In this document: in pieces, positions 49,282 through 60,370 of the stretch
Position numbering within the stretch: position 1 is the first letter of the stretch
How the letters are laid out: the number at the start of each line of letters is the position of its first letter
Source of the DNA: Leidyana gryllorum EB-2025a
Taxonomy: Eukaryota; Protista; Apicomplexa
Direction of reading: 5' to 3'
Length of the DNA: 64,000 nt
Assembly: GCA_048772705.1 (NCBI GenBank)
Contig: JBLWGC010000041.1
Coordinates: forward strand, 101,360-165,359
Translations under genes and position numbers: made by a program
The notes under the pieces: generated by a model
What the model saw: the letters and a program-made list of their open reading frames with translations, nothing else
Told to the model about the DNA's origin: nothing
Databases searched by the model: none

Positions 49282-49689
49282 TCATGCTGCCCCAAATATG
49301 TTCACAACCACACTACCCACGAGTATGAAACCCAGTCCCACAATGGCACCTGCATTCAACGGCTGCTTGAGAAAGACCAGTCCGATCACAGATGTAGCAG
49401 TAATTCCAACTGCGCACCAGGTTGCGTAGGCGATGCCCAGCGGCATAAAGGCGAGGACATAACCGAAAATCAAGTACGCTAAACTGTAGGCCACAACCAC
49501 TCCGAGGGTAGCCCACAGGACTGTGAACCTTTTTGATGCAGCCAATAATGACGTCCCCATCACTTCCAGGGATACAGCCAGTAACAGTAAACCCCACAAC
49601 ATCACCATACGCAGCGAATGTCCTCCGCCACCTTCTTTGGTGGCTACCTCCGTGACATCCACCTCCACAATCACACCAGCTGTTGACAT
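49282..49689 (-). CDS. Small multidrug resistance (SMR/EmrE-QacE-like) transporter
   Basis: Four TM helices, LAVSLEVMGTSLL (Glu14 equivalent), PLGIAYATW.AVG, TM4 G-x6-G motif; intronless. Confidence 0.92.
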   Translation of the reverse strand: MSTAGVIVEVDVTEVATKEGGGGHSLRMVMLWGLLLLAVSLEVMGTSLLAASKRFTVLWATLGVVVAYSLAYLIFGYVLAFMPLGIAYATWCAVGITATSVIGLVFLKQPLNAGAIVGLGFILVGSVVVNIFGAA

Positions 49690-49719
49690 TGGTCGGGTAG
49701 CGTCCCAAGCGAACAGAAA

Positions 49720-52502
49720 TCACACATTCCCAGCTATCAGACGCCGACGACTGAGAGCTTGAAGTCGAATGAAACCGGATTTGTGCTGTTCTACTTCGCG
49801 CCGAATCAGCTGCCGCTGCCACATAGACTGCACACACGAAACGCGCGACCTTCAATTTTCTCAAAGTGTTCAAATCTCACCTCCAATAAGACAACCAATG
49901 GCTCCCAAGCCGCCAGCGCTTGTCGCTGCGCGTGGGCCATGTCTTTCATGGCCTGGGGCTTCATGAAAACCATTGTCTTTCCGATCTTCCAGTCAGTCTC
50001 TGGGATCTTGGCACCCTTGAGCATGTCTCTGGAAGCTTCAGCGGGGTCGAGTGACGGGTCTTCGGCGAGTCCGAGGTTCACGAAGCGGTATTGGAAGAGG
50101 AACTCTTTATAGACACGTCTAATGGGAGGCAGGAAGAATCTGGGACGGTTGGGTCAAATCTAAACTCACCTGTAGGAGTAGCCGAGATTACGCAGCTGCA
50201 GGGCTTCGAGAATACTTAGAGACTGCAGCTGGATTAGAACTTTGGCTGGGTTGAATGTGAGGGCCTTCTTTTCTTCGTTGGGTTTGATGCATCGAATAAA
50301 GTGAGGTTCGGTTGCATTGATCAGCTCCATGAGAGCTGTCAGCTGATTCATGAACTGTGAGCCAATGAGTTGACCCTTGGCCGATTTGCCTTTCTCGACG
50401 ACGACACCTTCGTAGATTTTGCTGGTGACGCAGTTTTCCGACGCTTGGATGACTTCAATAAGCTCGGGTCTCAGTACATCCTTGTTCTTGAATAAGAATC
50501 CCGTAACAGTGTATTGGATGTCACCAATGGTGTGAGCGACAATAAAGTTCTGTTGCCCTCCAACTTTGGCTGGGAAGACCTTTTCGTTGCCCTTGAGGCC
50601 AGAGTAAAGTGCGCTAAGCATCTTCTCATCTGTGCCACCAGGGGCGAGACACTGATCTTCTAATATGGCCATAAAGGAGGCTTTCTTGGCTGTCAAAGCC
50701 GTGATAACTTCAGCGTTGGATGTGAAAATCAGATCAGCAGCGGGAATGCCTTCGTCTCGGTATAGTTTGGACTCCTTCTCGAATACAGTATCAGTGAAGT
50801 TCTTTTGAAGCATCTCATTGGTGACGTTAATGAACATCTGTTCAAGCGAGTTGTTCTTGAAGACCTCGAAACCAAAGATATCCAACATAGCCATGTAGTG
50901 CTTCCACTCAGGTGGCTCAATGTTAGAGTTTAGCTTCTTGATAATCCAGTGGAAAGTGGCATCAAACATAGCCTTGGCCAAGGAAGCTTTCAACATGTCA
51001 GCCTCGTCCTGCTTCCAGCAACCGCGGATCTCGTTACCTCCTGCAATACTAATCTTGACAGTCAGACCCTCTTCCGTCTTCGCGGCGTCCAAAAACAGCA
51101 ATTCGCAGGCCTGAAAGGGGAAGGACAAGAACGATGATAGACAGACCGACAGACAGATTGATCTTGAGCAGCCAACGGGGAACAGTGCTCAACTTACATC
51201 TAAGAAAGCTTGCCGCGACCCGGCATCGATCTCAGATGCGTCGCTCAAACCAGACTTAGCCACCCCATTGATTTTAACATTACCCATTAGAATCACACCT
51301 GCGTGAAAACAATGTGGGAGACACGATCGACGTGAGTGTGTGTACCAGAAACAATGGACATCACAGAATCCTTTTCGTCACGACTCATCATCATAGTGTC
51401 GAATGACTCTTGAACATCTGCCCATTCTTGCAGATCATCCTAGATACACTGAGTGATCTGCGCTGACACATACACACTCACAATTCCATCTGAATCCAAA
51501 CATTTGGGATTAATATAGTTGTAATCAGTAATCTTGAGTAACTTCCAGGCTTTTCGCTTCTCCGCATCAGCTCCCTTTAACATCTGATAGAAGATGTGGT
51601 AACTTCGCTCGGTGTCTTCCTGACACAAAATTCTCGACTTTTCCAGCAAGAAGCCACGGACAGATCCGAATTCGATACCACCGCCTTTGGCCACTTGCAG
51701 CTGCATGAAACGTCCGAAACGTGACGAGTTGTTGTTACGGATAGTCTTGGCGTTTCCAAAAGCTTCCAGCACGGGATTAGCAGCCATGATAGCTTTCTGT
51801 ACACGCAGATCAAGTGCTCCGGATTTGGCGGCGGCGAAAAATCGCATAGCTTGCTTGACAGCTTCGGTCTTCCCGGCACCCGATTCGCCCGACACAATAA
51901 TGGTTTGGGATTTGTGGACGGCGTGGAGGTTCTCCAGTGCCACACGGGTGATTCCGAACGTGTGAGGCGGTAATTTAGATACATCGCTCACATCGCGATA
52001 TTTGAGAATCCATTCATCCGTAGCATTCCCCAAGTTCTTGAAGGGATTGAGCACAGCCAATAGCGGATCAGCGGTGACGAAGATCATCCCTTGGTAAAGT
52101 CGTTGGCGCATAAAGTCCAGGATGCACGCATCGTTGGTATGGGGGATCATCCCAATGTCAGAGAACGACATTGGATCTACCTGGGAATTACAGTTGTAGG
52201 TCTGGGCTCGAGGTACTTCGAATTCTTCCCCATTCTCGGGCTCAACCTGACGTAGTTTGAGGGTATCTTCGGTGGAACCAGGGAGAACTAAACACTTCGC
52301 AAACAATTCCTCCGGATTCTCCTTCACCAAAGGTGCCTTGCGTGACCAAACATAAAACGCCTGAGCTGGATGACGGACAAGGCACAGATTATGAACGATC
52401 TACCTTGAAGACATTCCCCGAAGCATCCAGAGCATTCACAAGGGAATGAGCCCTCTCAGCAACCTTCTTTGTACCAGCTTTGGCCTTTGCCTTCGGAGGC
52501 AT
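49720..52502 (-). CDS. MyoA: Class XIV myosin A (glideosome motor)
   Basis: N-terminus ALDASGNVFK..VW...AP, P-loop GESGAGKT, NNNSSRFG, DIFGFE, tailless end RLQALSRRRL; multiple short introns. Confidence 0.95.
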
Positions 52503-52575
52503 TATTGATCACGCTCAGAGACACAGAAGAAGGATACACCGGAATCAATTTTTTCGTCCTCCGCGACCAGAAGAA

Positions 52576-54483
52576 ATGCGTGCGTCTGTGGGCCTCCTAC
52601 TTCTTGCTGCCACAACCTTGGCTCAGAAAGTAGCCCAACAAGTACCCGTGAGCGATAAAACGGATCCAGGACACTCCCAACACTCATATCTTTGCAGCCA
52701 CAGCAACACCATGCTGTCAAGGATCCCCCACCGATGGCCTACGAACAGCGAGCACCTCCCCCCGTAAATCAACAAGCACCGCCTCCTGGACAAGGACCCC
52801 AGGTAGCACAAGTCCAGCCCCAACTCGTGCAGCATCCAGGAGTCCCCAATAACCAGCAACAAGCACCTCCGCCCCCTCAACAGTACAAGCAACCTCCTCC
52901 CCAGCAACCGCCTCCGCAACAACAACCGCCTCCTCCTCCACAACAACAACAGCAACCCCCTCTCCAACAGCAACCCCCTCCACAACAGGCACCGCCCCAA
53001 GCCGCTCCTCAGCAGGCTCAACCGGTCTATCACCAGCCTCCTCCGCAATATCAACAGCAGCCTCCACCACAGTATGTGCCGCCTCCGCAGATGCAGCAGC
53101 AGCCGCCCCAGGCGCCCCCACCACAGCAGCCGCCGCCTCAACAGATGCCGGTACCTCCCCAACAAGTGCCTCCACAGCAAGCCCCTCCCCAAGCTCCGGC
53201 GGCACGACAACAGCATCAGCAACAAGCTCCCCCTCCCCACCAACAGATGCCTCATCCCCACGGACCACCGATGGGAGCTCACGGTGGGGCTCCCCCACCC
53301 GGACATCCTCACCACGCGGGTCAACCCCACCCACACGCTCAGTACGGTGGCCCCCCACCCTACATGGGAGGGCCGCCTCCGGGGTACGGTGGTCCTCCGG
53401 GCTATCCACCCGGCTATGCCCATCCCGGCATGGAGCAACCGCCCAACGCTCAAGTCAAGCCGGCAAATGTTGTGAACGTAAATCCTGTACATCACGGCCC
53501 ACCCCATGGCTACGATGCTTACCAAGGATACCCTCCTCACCCGGGTCAACATCCGCCCTACATACCTCCAGGATACCAAGGCGGGCCGCCCGAACCCCTA
53601 GGACATCCGGCTATGGGTCATCCAGGAGGCGCGGCTGGACCAGTTAGAGACATTGACCTGCCTGACGAGGAGTTCCGGAAGCTTCAGGCCCAGCAGATGT
53701 ACCAAGCTGGAGCCGGAACGGACAGCAATGTGACGGGATCTGATGTGGAGAACTTGGCCGTTGAATGGGAGAGAGTGATGACAGACTTCCTGCCAGACAT
53801 GTAAGTTGACCACTGGTGAGATCTGCTGCGACCAGATGTGTAGGATTGTGACTTTCCGGCTGGCCGCTGGGGCTCAAGAATACTTTAACCAAGATGTCGG
53901 CAAGGAACCTGTTCTGATACGTGGAGGGTTTTTCGAGTCCACTGATGAGCATACGGGTGCTATTAGCTTCCAGATTTTAAGTCCCGCTGGAAAGGTGAGG
54001 TTCGATCGGGAGACGCGCGATCGATTAATGATGTGTGCTTCCTGCAGGTTGCTTATCAAAGTACCAAAGGTGAAGGTCTGTTCAGAATAACGACAAAGGA
54101 GGAAGGAACTTATACCTTTGCTGTGGCGAACAATGCCTGGTAGGTTTGCTGCGGTGATGCTGGAAGGTTCGATCATCTGGTGATGCAGGTCGGGTAATAA
54201 GTTTGTGACATTTGTTGTGGGTGCCGGTGTCCAGAAGCAACTGACAGCAACAGATGTCGAGACGCTGGACGGAAACATCCAAATGTTGTATCGAATGCTG
54301 GGTGAAATGGAGACACAGTCGTCGTATCTGTGGGTGCGACAGAAATCACACTTGGAAGGAGTTAATGCGACGGCGCGGAGGACGTATCATGCGCTGATAG
54401 TAGGACTGGTAATGACGGCATTGGCGACGATTTTCCAATTGAATATCATCAAACGCATGGTAGCCCATCGTCGAATGTTCTGA
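52576..54483 (+). CDS. p24/emp24 GOLD-domain cargo receptor with long Pro/Gln-rich N-terminal region
   Basis: Signal peptide, GOLD region (FQILSPAG, GTYTFAVAN, KFVTF), coiled coil, TM segment, tail IKRMVAHRRMF. Confidence 0.85.
52740..53600 (+). repeat. Coding CAG/CAA/CCN-rich low-complexity tract (QQPPP, then GGPPPGY)
   Basis: Directly visible in the DNA and the translation. Confidence 0.9.
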
Positions 54484-54764
54484 TCTTTGGAGGCCAGCCA
54501 ACTGACTCTCTTAGTGGGAGGGGCGGACGGCGGTGTAGAGATGCCAAAGATGTGTGGAAATAGAATGAGTGATGGACTGCCAATCGTCCAGCGACAGAAA
54601 AAGTCTTACTGGAGCACCCGTCACACTATTACTTAAAAAGGGTTTGGTGCAAACCGGGAACGCTTTGTGATTGAAGCCTATCTTGCCAAAGTCGTGAGCA
54701 GTGCTCCTTATATCTGACTGTCGCCAGGTTAGCGGGAAGGTCGCGGGGCTCTCGAAGACTAGTG

Positions 54765-56378
54765 TCACGCCGAGATCGGCACACCTTCTGGCACATCAGC
54801 TGCATCTGTAGTGGGTACAGCTGACAGATCATCTAGACTCGTCGGCTTCTGTTGTAAGGAGAGGATTGCGTTTACATCCAGGGAGACTGTGCCTCGGTTG
54901 ACTGGGTCGTTCATGAAGTTGGGCGTGTTGTAAGTGGGTTCTCTCGAAAGTGGAGAGCCGGGTTGTAGGACCCGGTCGACGACCTCAACGCCTTGCATGA
55001 GCGAATGATCCATGTTTCCTACCTCATACTTCCAACCACCAAATCGACCGCGAGAGTAAATATTCAGAGGCTCTAATACACCGTGGATTTCTCTCAAAAG
55101 CGAGTCCCTATCTGTGGTGGGGGTTGGGTACCCGTAGTGGAATGTCTCCGTCCACCGAGAGATGATCCGTACATTGTCATCAATTAGGGAATACCTTCGG
55201 GCTGCATCTTCGGTTGCAGCAAACAATTCTTCCTGTCCAAGTTGTTGTGGACGATGGGCAGAGTAACTGCTTTCAAACAGCAGGGAGTAGTAGTGATCTC
55301 CGTCTTCGTTTGTCGGCGGGACCAGTTTCGGGGAGTAGTGGGATAGAACAGTACACCGATAGAAGGGCACGTCGAGAGCCGGGAAGTAGCCCCAGTGGAA
55401 CCTATCCAAGCGTTCCGGCTCCGGTCCCTGGATACCAAAACCAATAACCACGACGCTGCAGAATTTGAGCTTCGAGGTCAGCTCTTGTAACAAGACCTTC
55501 TTGGAATATGAAGTTACCAGGATATCTTGGGCTAGCGTTTGTAGAGATATAGTGTTAATCAGAATGTCATACTTGTCAACACTTCCGTCTTTGAAGGTAA
55601 TTGTCCTCGTCTCCGGATCTATTGCGGTTACCCGCATATTCAGCTTCACTCGATCGCTCGGCAAATGGTCTCCAACAGAAGTCCATATGGCTCCCGTGCC
55701 ACCCTCGAGGGCAAATTTGAAGACGGAGTTAGGGCCCCAAGCTTCTTTCGCCTCACGCGGTTGTCCCGGCTGGCGTTGGCTTAGTTGCGTGAATTTGGCC
55801 ATAACCTTCTTGAAATCCGGCACAGCAACCCTCTCGCCCAACCAGTCCGCGCTCATGGCCTCCATTGGCCAGGCCCAGAGCTTCTCATTATACGGGCGCA
55901 GAAATGCATTCATCAGCCCGGGACCCATGAGTCCAGTGCCCCACTCGGCAAAGTTTGTAGGCTTCCAGTTCCGTCGCTCCTGGAGATGTGATGCCACATA
56001 GCTATCAAGCAACCCATCCAGGCAGGGCTGCCACAGGTCGGGCGGTAGTTCATCCACGTGGTTTTGCAGTGGATAATTGACCTCGAATTTGCCTTCTTGC
56101 ATGAATACCAAACATTTCCGTGTAAGTGTAACTCGTTCTCTGGGTCCCAAGTGTTCCAGAACGTCGTCGAAGTACTTGTAGTGGCTGAATATGACATGTC
56201 CACCGACATCCCACAAAAACCCCTTGTCGTCTGCAATCGACCGACTTAACCCACCAACACGGTCCTCCAACTCGTACAAAGTCCAGTCGGGGTGATCGAG
56301 CTCTGTGAGTCGTACGGCAGCTCCAAGACCGCACGGGCCACCGCCCAGAATTACAACTCGCTGCTCTTGTTTGGTCAT
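54765..56378 (-). CDS. glf: UDP-galactopyranose mutase, eukaryote-type
   Basis: GGGPCG FAD motif, GGHVIFSHY, RPYNEKLW, WLGERVA, WGPN, GYPTP and RGRFGGWKYEVGNMDHS. Confidence 0.92.
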   Translation of the reverse strand: MTKQEQRVVILGGGPCGLGAAVRLTELDHPDWTLYELEDRVGGLSRSIADDKGFLWDVGGHVIFSHYKYFDDVLEHLGPRERVTLTRKCLVFMQEGKFEVNYPLQNHVDELPPDLWQPCLDGLLDSYVASHLQERRNWKPTNFAEWGTGLMGPGLMNAFLRPYNEKLWAWPMEAMSADWLGERVAVPDFKKVMAKFTQLSQRQPGQPREAKEAWGPNSVFKFALEGGTGAIWTSVGDHLPSDRVKLNMRVTAIDPETRTITFKDGSVDKYDILINTISLQTLAQDILVTSYSKKVLLQELTSKLKFCSVVVIGFGIQGPEPERLDRFHWGYFPALDVPFYRCTVLSHYSPKLVPPTNEDGDHYYSLLFESSYSAHRPQQLGQEELFAATEDAARRYSLIDDNVRIISRWTETFHYGYPTPTTDRDSLLREIHGVLEPLNIYSRGRFGGWKYEVGNMDHSLMQGVEVVDRVLQPGSPLSREPTYNTPNFMNDPVNRGTVSLDVNAILSLQQKPTSLDDLSAVPTTDAADVPEGVPISA

Positions 56379-56439
56379 TCAACAAGTTCTCGATAAGACC
56401 AGTTAAAGACAAAAAGGAAGATCAATTTATAGTGGCGAT

Positions 56440-57798
56440 CTATATAGCTTGTGTTTTGTGGGACGCGGTGATCTCCTCCGCGTCTCTCTCTTTCTGCACT
56501 GTCCTCTGAGTCGTGAAGAAGTTTTGACTAACAGACTGGTTGAAACCTCTGGCCTGGCTGAAAGCACGACTGTTCATGGTCTTGAGCTGAGCTAAGTTCA
56601 TATTCAAGCCGGCCGCGCGCGTCTCGGCATCCGTCATCTTGTGGCGAACGGCAAACTCTTCTTGCCGCTTCATGCAAGAGAACAGGTTGCCCTTCCGCTT
56701 GCTGCGCTCCTCGGCCCAACGATCCACAGCCTGAGTCTGATGCATGTACATACCAAGCAGAACCTTGTTGGACAGTGCATCGGCTGGGACGGGCTTCTCA
56801 ATCACACGAGTCACATGAACAGGAACAGGAACCTCAGTCCACCTGCAAAGAAACATAAAATCACACCATTCATAGATATAACGAGACAATAACATACAAA
56901 TATGTATCACACATTCACATATGAACCACACACTCTTGCCACATAGACATCCAGACACACCCACACACTTGAAGACACACTTGGACCACGCACACACGCA
57001 CACACACACACACACAGACACACAGACACACACACGGATTAGGTGTGGAAGACGGACTTACTTGGGTACGAGGACGGGGCATTGGAATTCCTGGACAACG
57101 TGAAGCTCGACCGGGATGGGAACATTGCGGTCGACCAAGCGTTCGACGGGGACGGGTTTGTAGTGGACCATGGGTACTTCAACGGGGCGGGGGTTGTGGC
57201 GGTAACGAGGGCCAGAGAGTTTTTGGTAGCTGGGTTCATGAGGAATTGCTTCGAATCTGTCGCGTTCGTCAAAACGCATCTCGCTCATTTGGGTATGGAC
57301 GACTTGATCGAATTTGTCCTTGGGCACTTTGACTGTAATTTCCTCCACCTGGCGTTTGGCAATGGGCACAATACGCTCTTGGATGATGTATTTTGGCTTT
57401 TCGATCACGCGTTCCTTGTAGATATCCTCAAAGCGTTCAGTGACCCTGTCGACGACGTGGAGTTGAGGCATTTCAACAATCTTCTGCTGCTTGACCGGTT
57501 TGGGGATATTGATCTTGCGGTGCAGAACATCGATTCTGGGCTGTTTGGAGAACCGCTGCTTCTTGACAGAGACGGGGACCTCTTCGAACTCTTCACGAAT
57601 CTCAACATGAGGGACCACAATACGCTTGATCTCAGTTTCCTCGATGATATCCTGAACGTCGCGAGATTCCTCACGAGGAGGAAGTTCTATGTCATCGACC
57701 ACCGGAACATCTTGGAGAGAGATACGGCGTTGAGTGGGATCTCGCGGATCGGCGGGACCCACATGAATTTCAGGCGTTCCTTGATCGGTAGGTTTCAT
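56440..57798 (-). CDS. Alveolin / IMC family protein
   Basis: V/P/E/K-rich repeats and the IMCp-like VERLVDRNVPIPVEL; intron at about 56843-57061. Confidence 0.88.
56900..57036. repeat. Imperfect (CA)n microsatellite within the alveolin intron
   Basis: cacacacgcacacacacacacacacagacacacagacacacac is directly visible. Confidence 0.9.
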
Positions 57799-57878
57799 CG
57801 TTTTGCCACAGAGAGGGCCCTCTGTTGTGCATGCACTTGTGGGGATCTGAGTTATAGCCCAATCGCGTGCAGAACACT

Positions 57879-59578
57879 ATGGACAACATCGACCGAGAAT
57901 CCAAGCCTCAGGGCTCGGAGGCTCTCTCACAGGAACACCTTCATCGCCGAGTTTTCGTCAATGAAATTCCAGATCACGCCAATGCTCACTCGGCTGGGGA
58001 GCGTATTCGTGAAGACATTGTAAGTTTGACGCGCATCACTTTTCGTCACTTCAAGCCGTTTAGGAATACGTTGCTGTGCCTCGAAAAGTCAAATACCGCG
58101 AGAGCGTGACGGAAGTGCCGGTTAAACGCCAATACCATCAGTTCGAACCGCGGTGGCAAATTCAGCATGTCAAAAAGCGCATCCCTAAAGAGGTCCCAGA
58201 GTACCAGGACGAGATCACTGAAGTCGGCCACAAGCGCGTTATAGATGAATACGTCGAGGTTCCCTATGATGCTGGCACGGAGGTGAAGTGTGTGCCTCGT
58301 GTTGAGGTCCAAGAGCGTGATATCGAGGTCGCTGTCCCCCGTATTCAATGGGTTGAGCGCGAGGAGCGAATCCCTGAGGTTCGTGAAGTCGTCCGCTATG
58401 TCGAGGCCGATCACAACATTGAGCGTGTCATCCGGTACGTCGCTGACAGTCCCGGTGCCCCCGACGAGCAGTCTTCTCGTTCCCCTACGGTTCGATCTCC
58501 GAAGCAACAAACAGCGTCTCGCTCTCCGCGCGGTCCGGACTTCCTGTACGCCGGGAAGGAGGTGTTTTCACCAGCTATGATGGACGTAGGTCAAAGTCAC
58601 ACATACACACACACACACATCTACTCTTCCTTTAGGGCAAGGGACCCCTCGAATCTCCTCTTCAGGGTGTCGTGCTTCCTCAGGCAGCACACATCGACTC
58701 TCGGGACCGTCTGAGCGCCAAGACTCCTGTGACTGTGGATATCCCAGTCCCCTTCATGGTACCCAGGTGAGTCGATCGTTCGAAAGTGACTGTCCGAAAA
58801 TCTGTTTCTCTCCCCCAGACCTCTGTGCATGCCCGTTGAGGTGCCTCTGATCCGTTTCCGTGACAACTTTGTGCCCATTCCTGGCCGTCGTCACGTCACT
58901 CCGAAGCTCACTTTCACTGACGAGGTGTACGATGTGCCTTGCGCCAAGGAGAAGCCCATCTTGGTGGTGCAAGACTACATGAAGCCTGTACCAGTGGACT
59001 GCCACATCCGTGTCAAGGAGAAGGACGTCCGTGTCAAGCCTTTGGATCCTGCCGAGCTCAGCCAAGGCGACATGTACGCTATGTGGCATCGTGCCAACGC
59101 CGATCTCTTGGACAAGTACAAGGAGGATCACGGTGGCAAGTACCCGAGAGGTTACCACGGCCCAGAGAACACCAAGGTGCCGCTCAAGGAAACCGACTGG
59201 GAGGCGGTCTTGGCCGACGAAGCCAAGAGAGCCGAGGAGGAAAAGAAGAACGCTCCACCCGAGGAAGAACCCAAGGAGGATCTCGGTACCTTGCCGTTGC
59301 ATCCTGGTCATCCACTTATGATGACTGTTCTGCAGAACCAATGGATGCAGAACCCGACCAACATTACTCACGCTCAGTACAACGCCGACTTCTTCCGTCA
59401 CCACTACGCTGGTCTCAACGCCCAGTTGGACCCGCAGTGTCACCAAGTCAATCTCACCCAGGAGCAGATGGACAAACTTGGACCGGCTCCCCACATTCAG
59501 CTGCCCAACCCGTGGAAACTTGTCAACAACATGCACGCCCTCCATCAGGAGGCCGGCATTCCGGGCCGCCCGCTTTGA
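57879..59578 (+). CDS. Alveolin / IMC family protein
   Basis: EVP/ERI repeats, VDIPVP..VP, PVEVP, EKP..V.DY.KPVPV, and LPLHPGHPL; 3 introns. Confidence 0.88.
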
Positions 59579-59588
59579 GCTTTGTCCA

Positions 59589-60370
59589 CTATTCCCGGAG
59601 ATCAGCTTTGAAATGTCTCAATGCTTTCCGATGGATCCATGCCAAGTCATTTTTGGCGGCTTCTCGATCGCTTTCTTCCATTGTCATTACATGTTTAGAG
59701 TCAACCCAGATCAAGTGTGTTGGCCATTCACCGAGATCTCCCAGAATATGTGACGCGTAAATCACAATAGAGTCCTTCTCTTCAGCCAGAAAGCTCAATA
59801 GATCCATTCGGGCTATCAAATCCAAACTGCTCGTTGCTTCGTCCAAAACGTATAACCGGGCTGGACGTGCAAGATTAACCAATATCTGAGCCCGTCGCCG
59901 TTGCCCGTCGGAGAGTTCCAACGTATTCCAGTCGAGATCGACCTCCAACATGCGCTGTAGTCGCTGAAACCGCTCTTCTTCTTCCGAAAAGTTGGGAATC
60001 ACCGTCTGACACACCCGCCGAATGCGCTCATTCACCAACTCGCCAGTCGGCCATCGATCGGTAACGTACGCCATCTTGAGCGTCGTGTAAAAAACACATC
60101 TCCCGTCCAAGGTTATAGTGTCCTTCGGGAGGATCTGTTATGTTATCGGACAAATAGTTTTACACCTCTCCGACACCGCCTCACCAGTTTACCGGCGAGC
60201 ATCGCCAAAAAGGTCGATTTACCAGCACCATTCGGTCCGAGAACAAGCGCACGGTCGCCTGGCTTCAAGGAAAGACCGGGCGAAGGTATTATCAAAGATG
60301 TCTTTCCGTGGCTCCCTGAGTACGAATAGTTGATCGGATTGCATTGGAGTCCTGGTTGCTGTTCGCTCAT
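59589..60370 (-). CDS. Soluble ABC ATPase, CAF16/ABCI20-21-like
   Basis: GPNGAGKST, DLDW..LSDGQRRRAQ, LDE..LDLIAR.DLL.FL and YASHI..WPTH motifs. Confidence 0.88.

Noticed and set aside
52623-53579. Long antisense ORFs (318 and 230 aa) rich in Leu/Arg or Val/Glu/Ala
   Set aside because: Shadows of the Pro/Gln repeat on the plus strand.
54511-54768. 85-aa minus-strand ORF after UGM
   Set aside because: GTG start, no motif; likely 3' UTR space between convergent genes.
57043-59760. Long alternative ORFs (57043-58023 +, 58754-59545 -, 58939-59760 +)
   Set aside because: Antisense or off-frame shadows of codon-biased alveolin genes.
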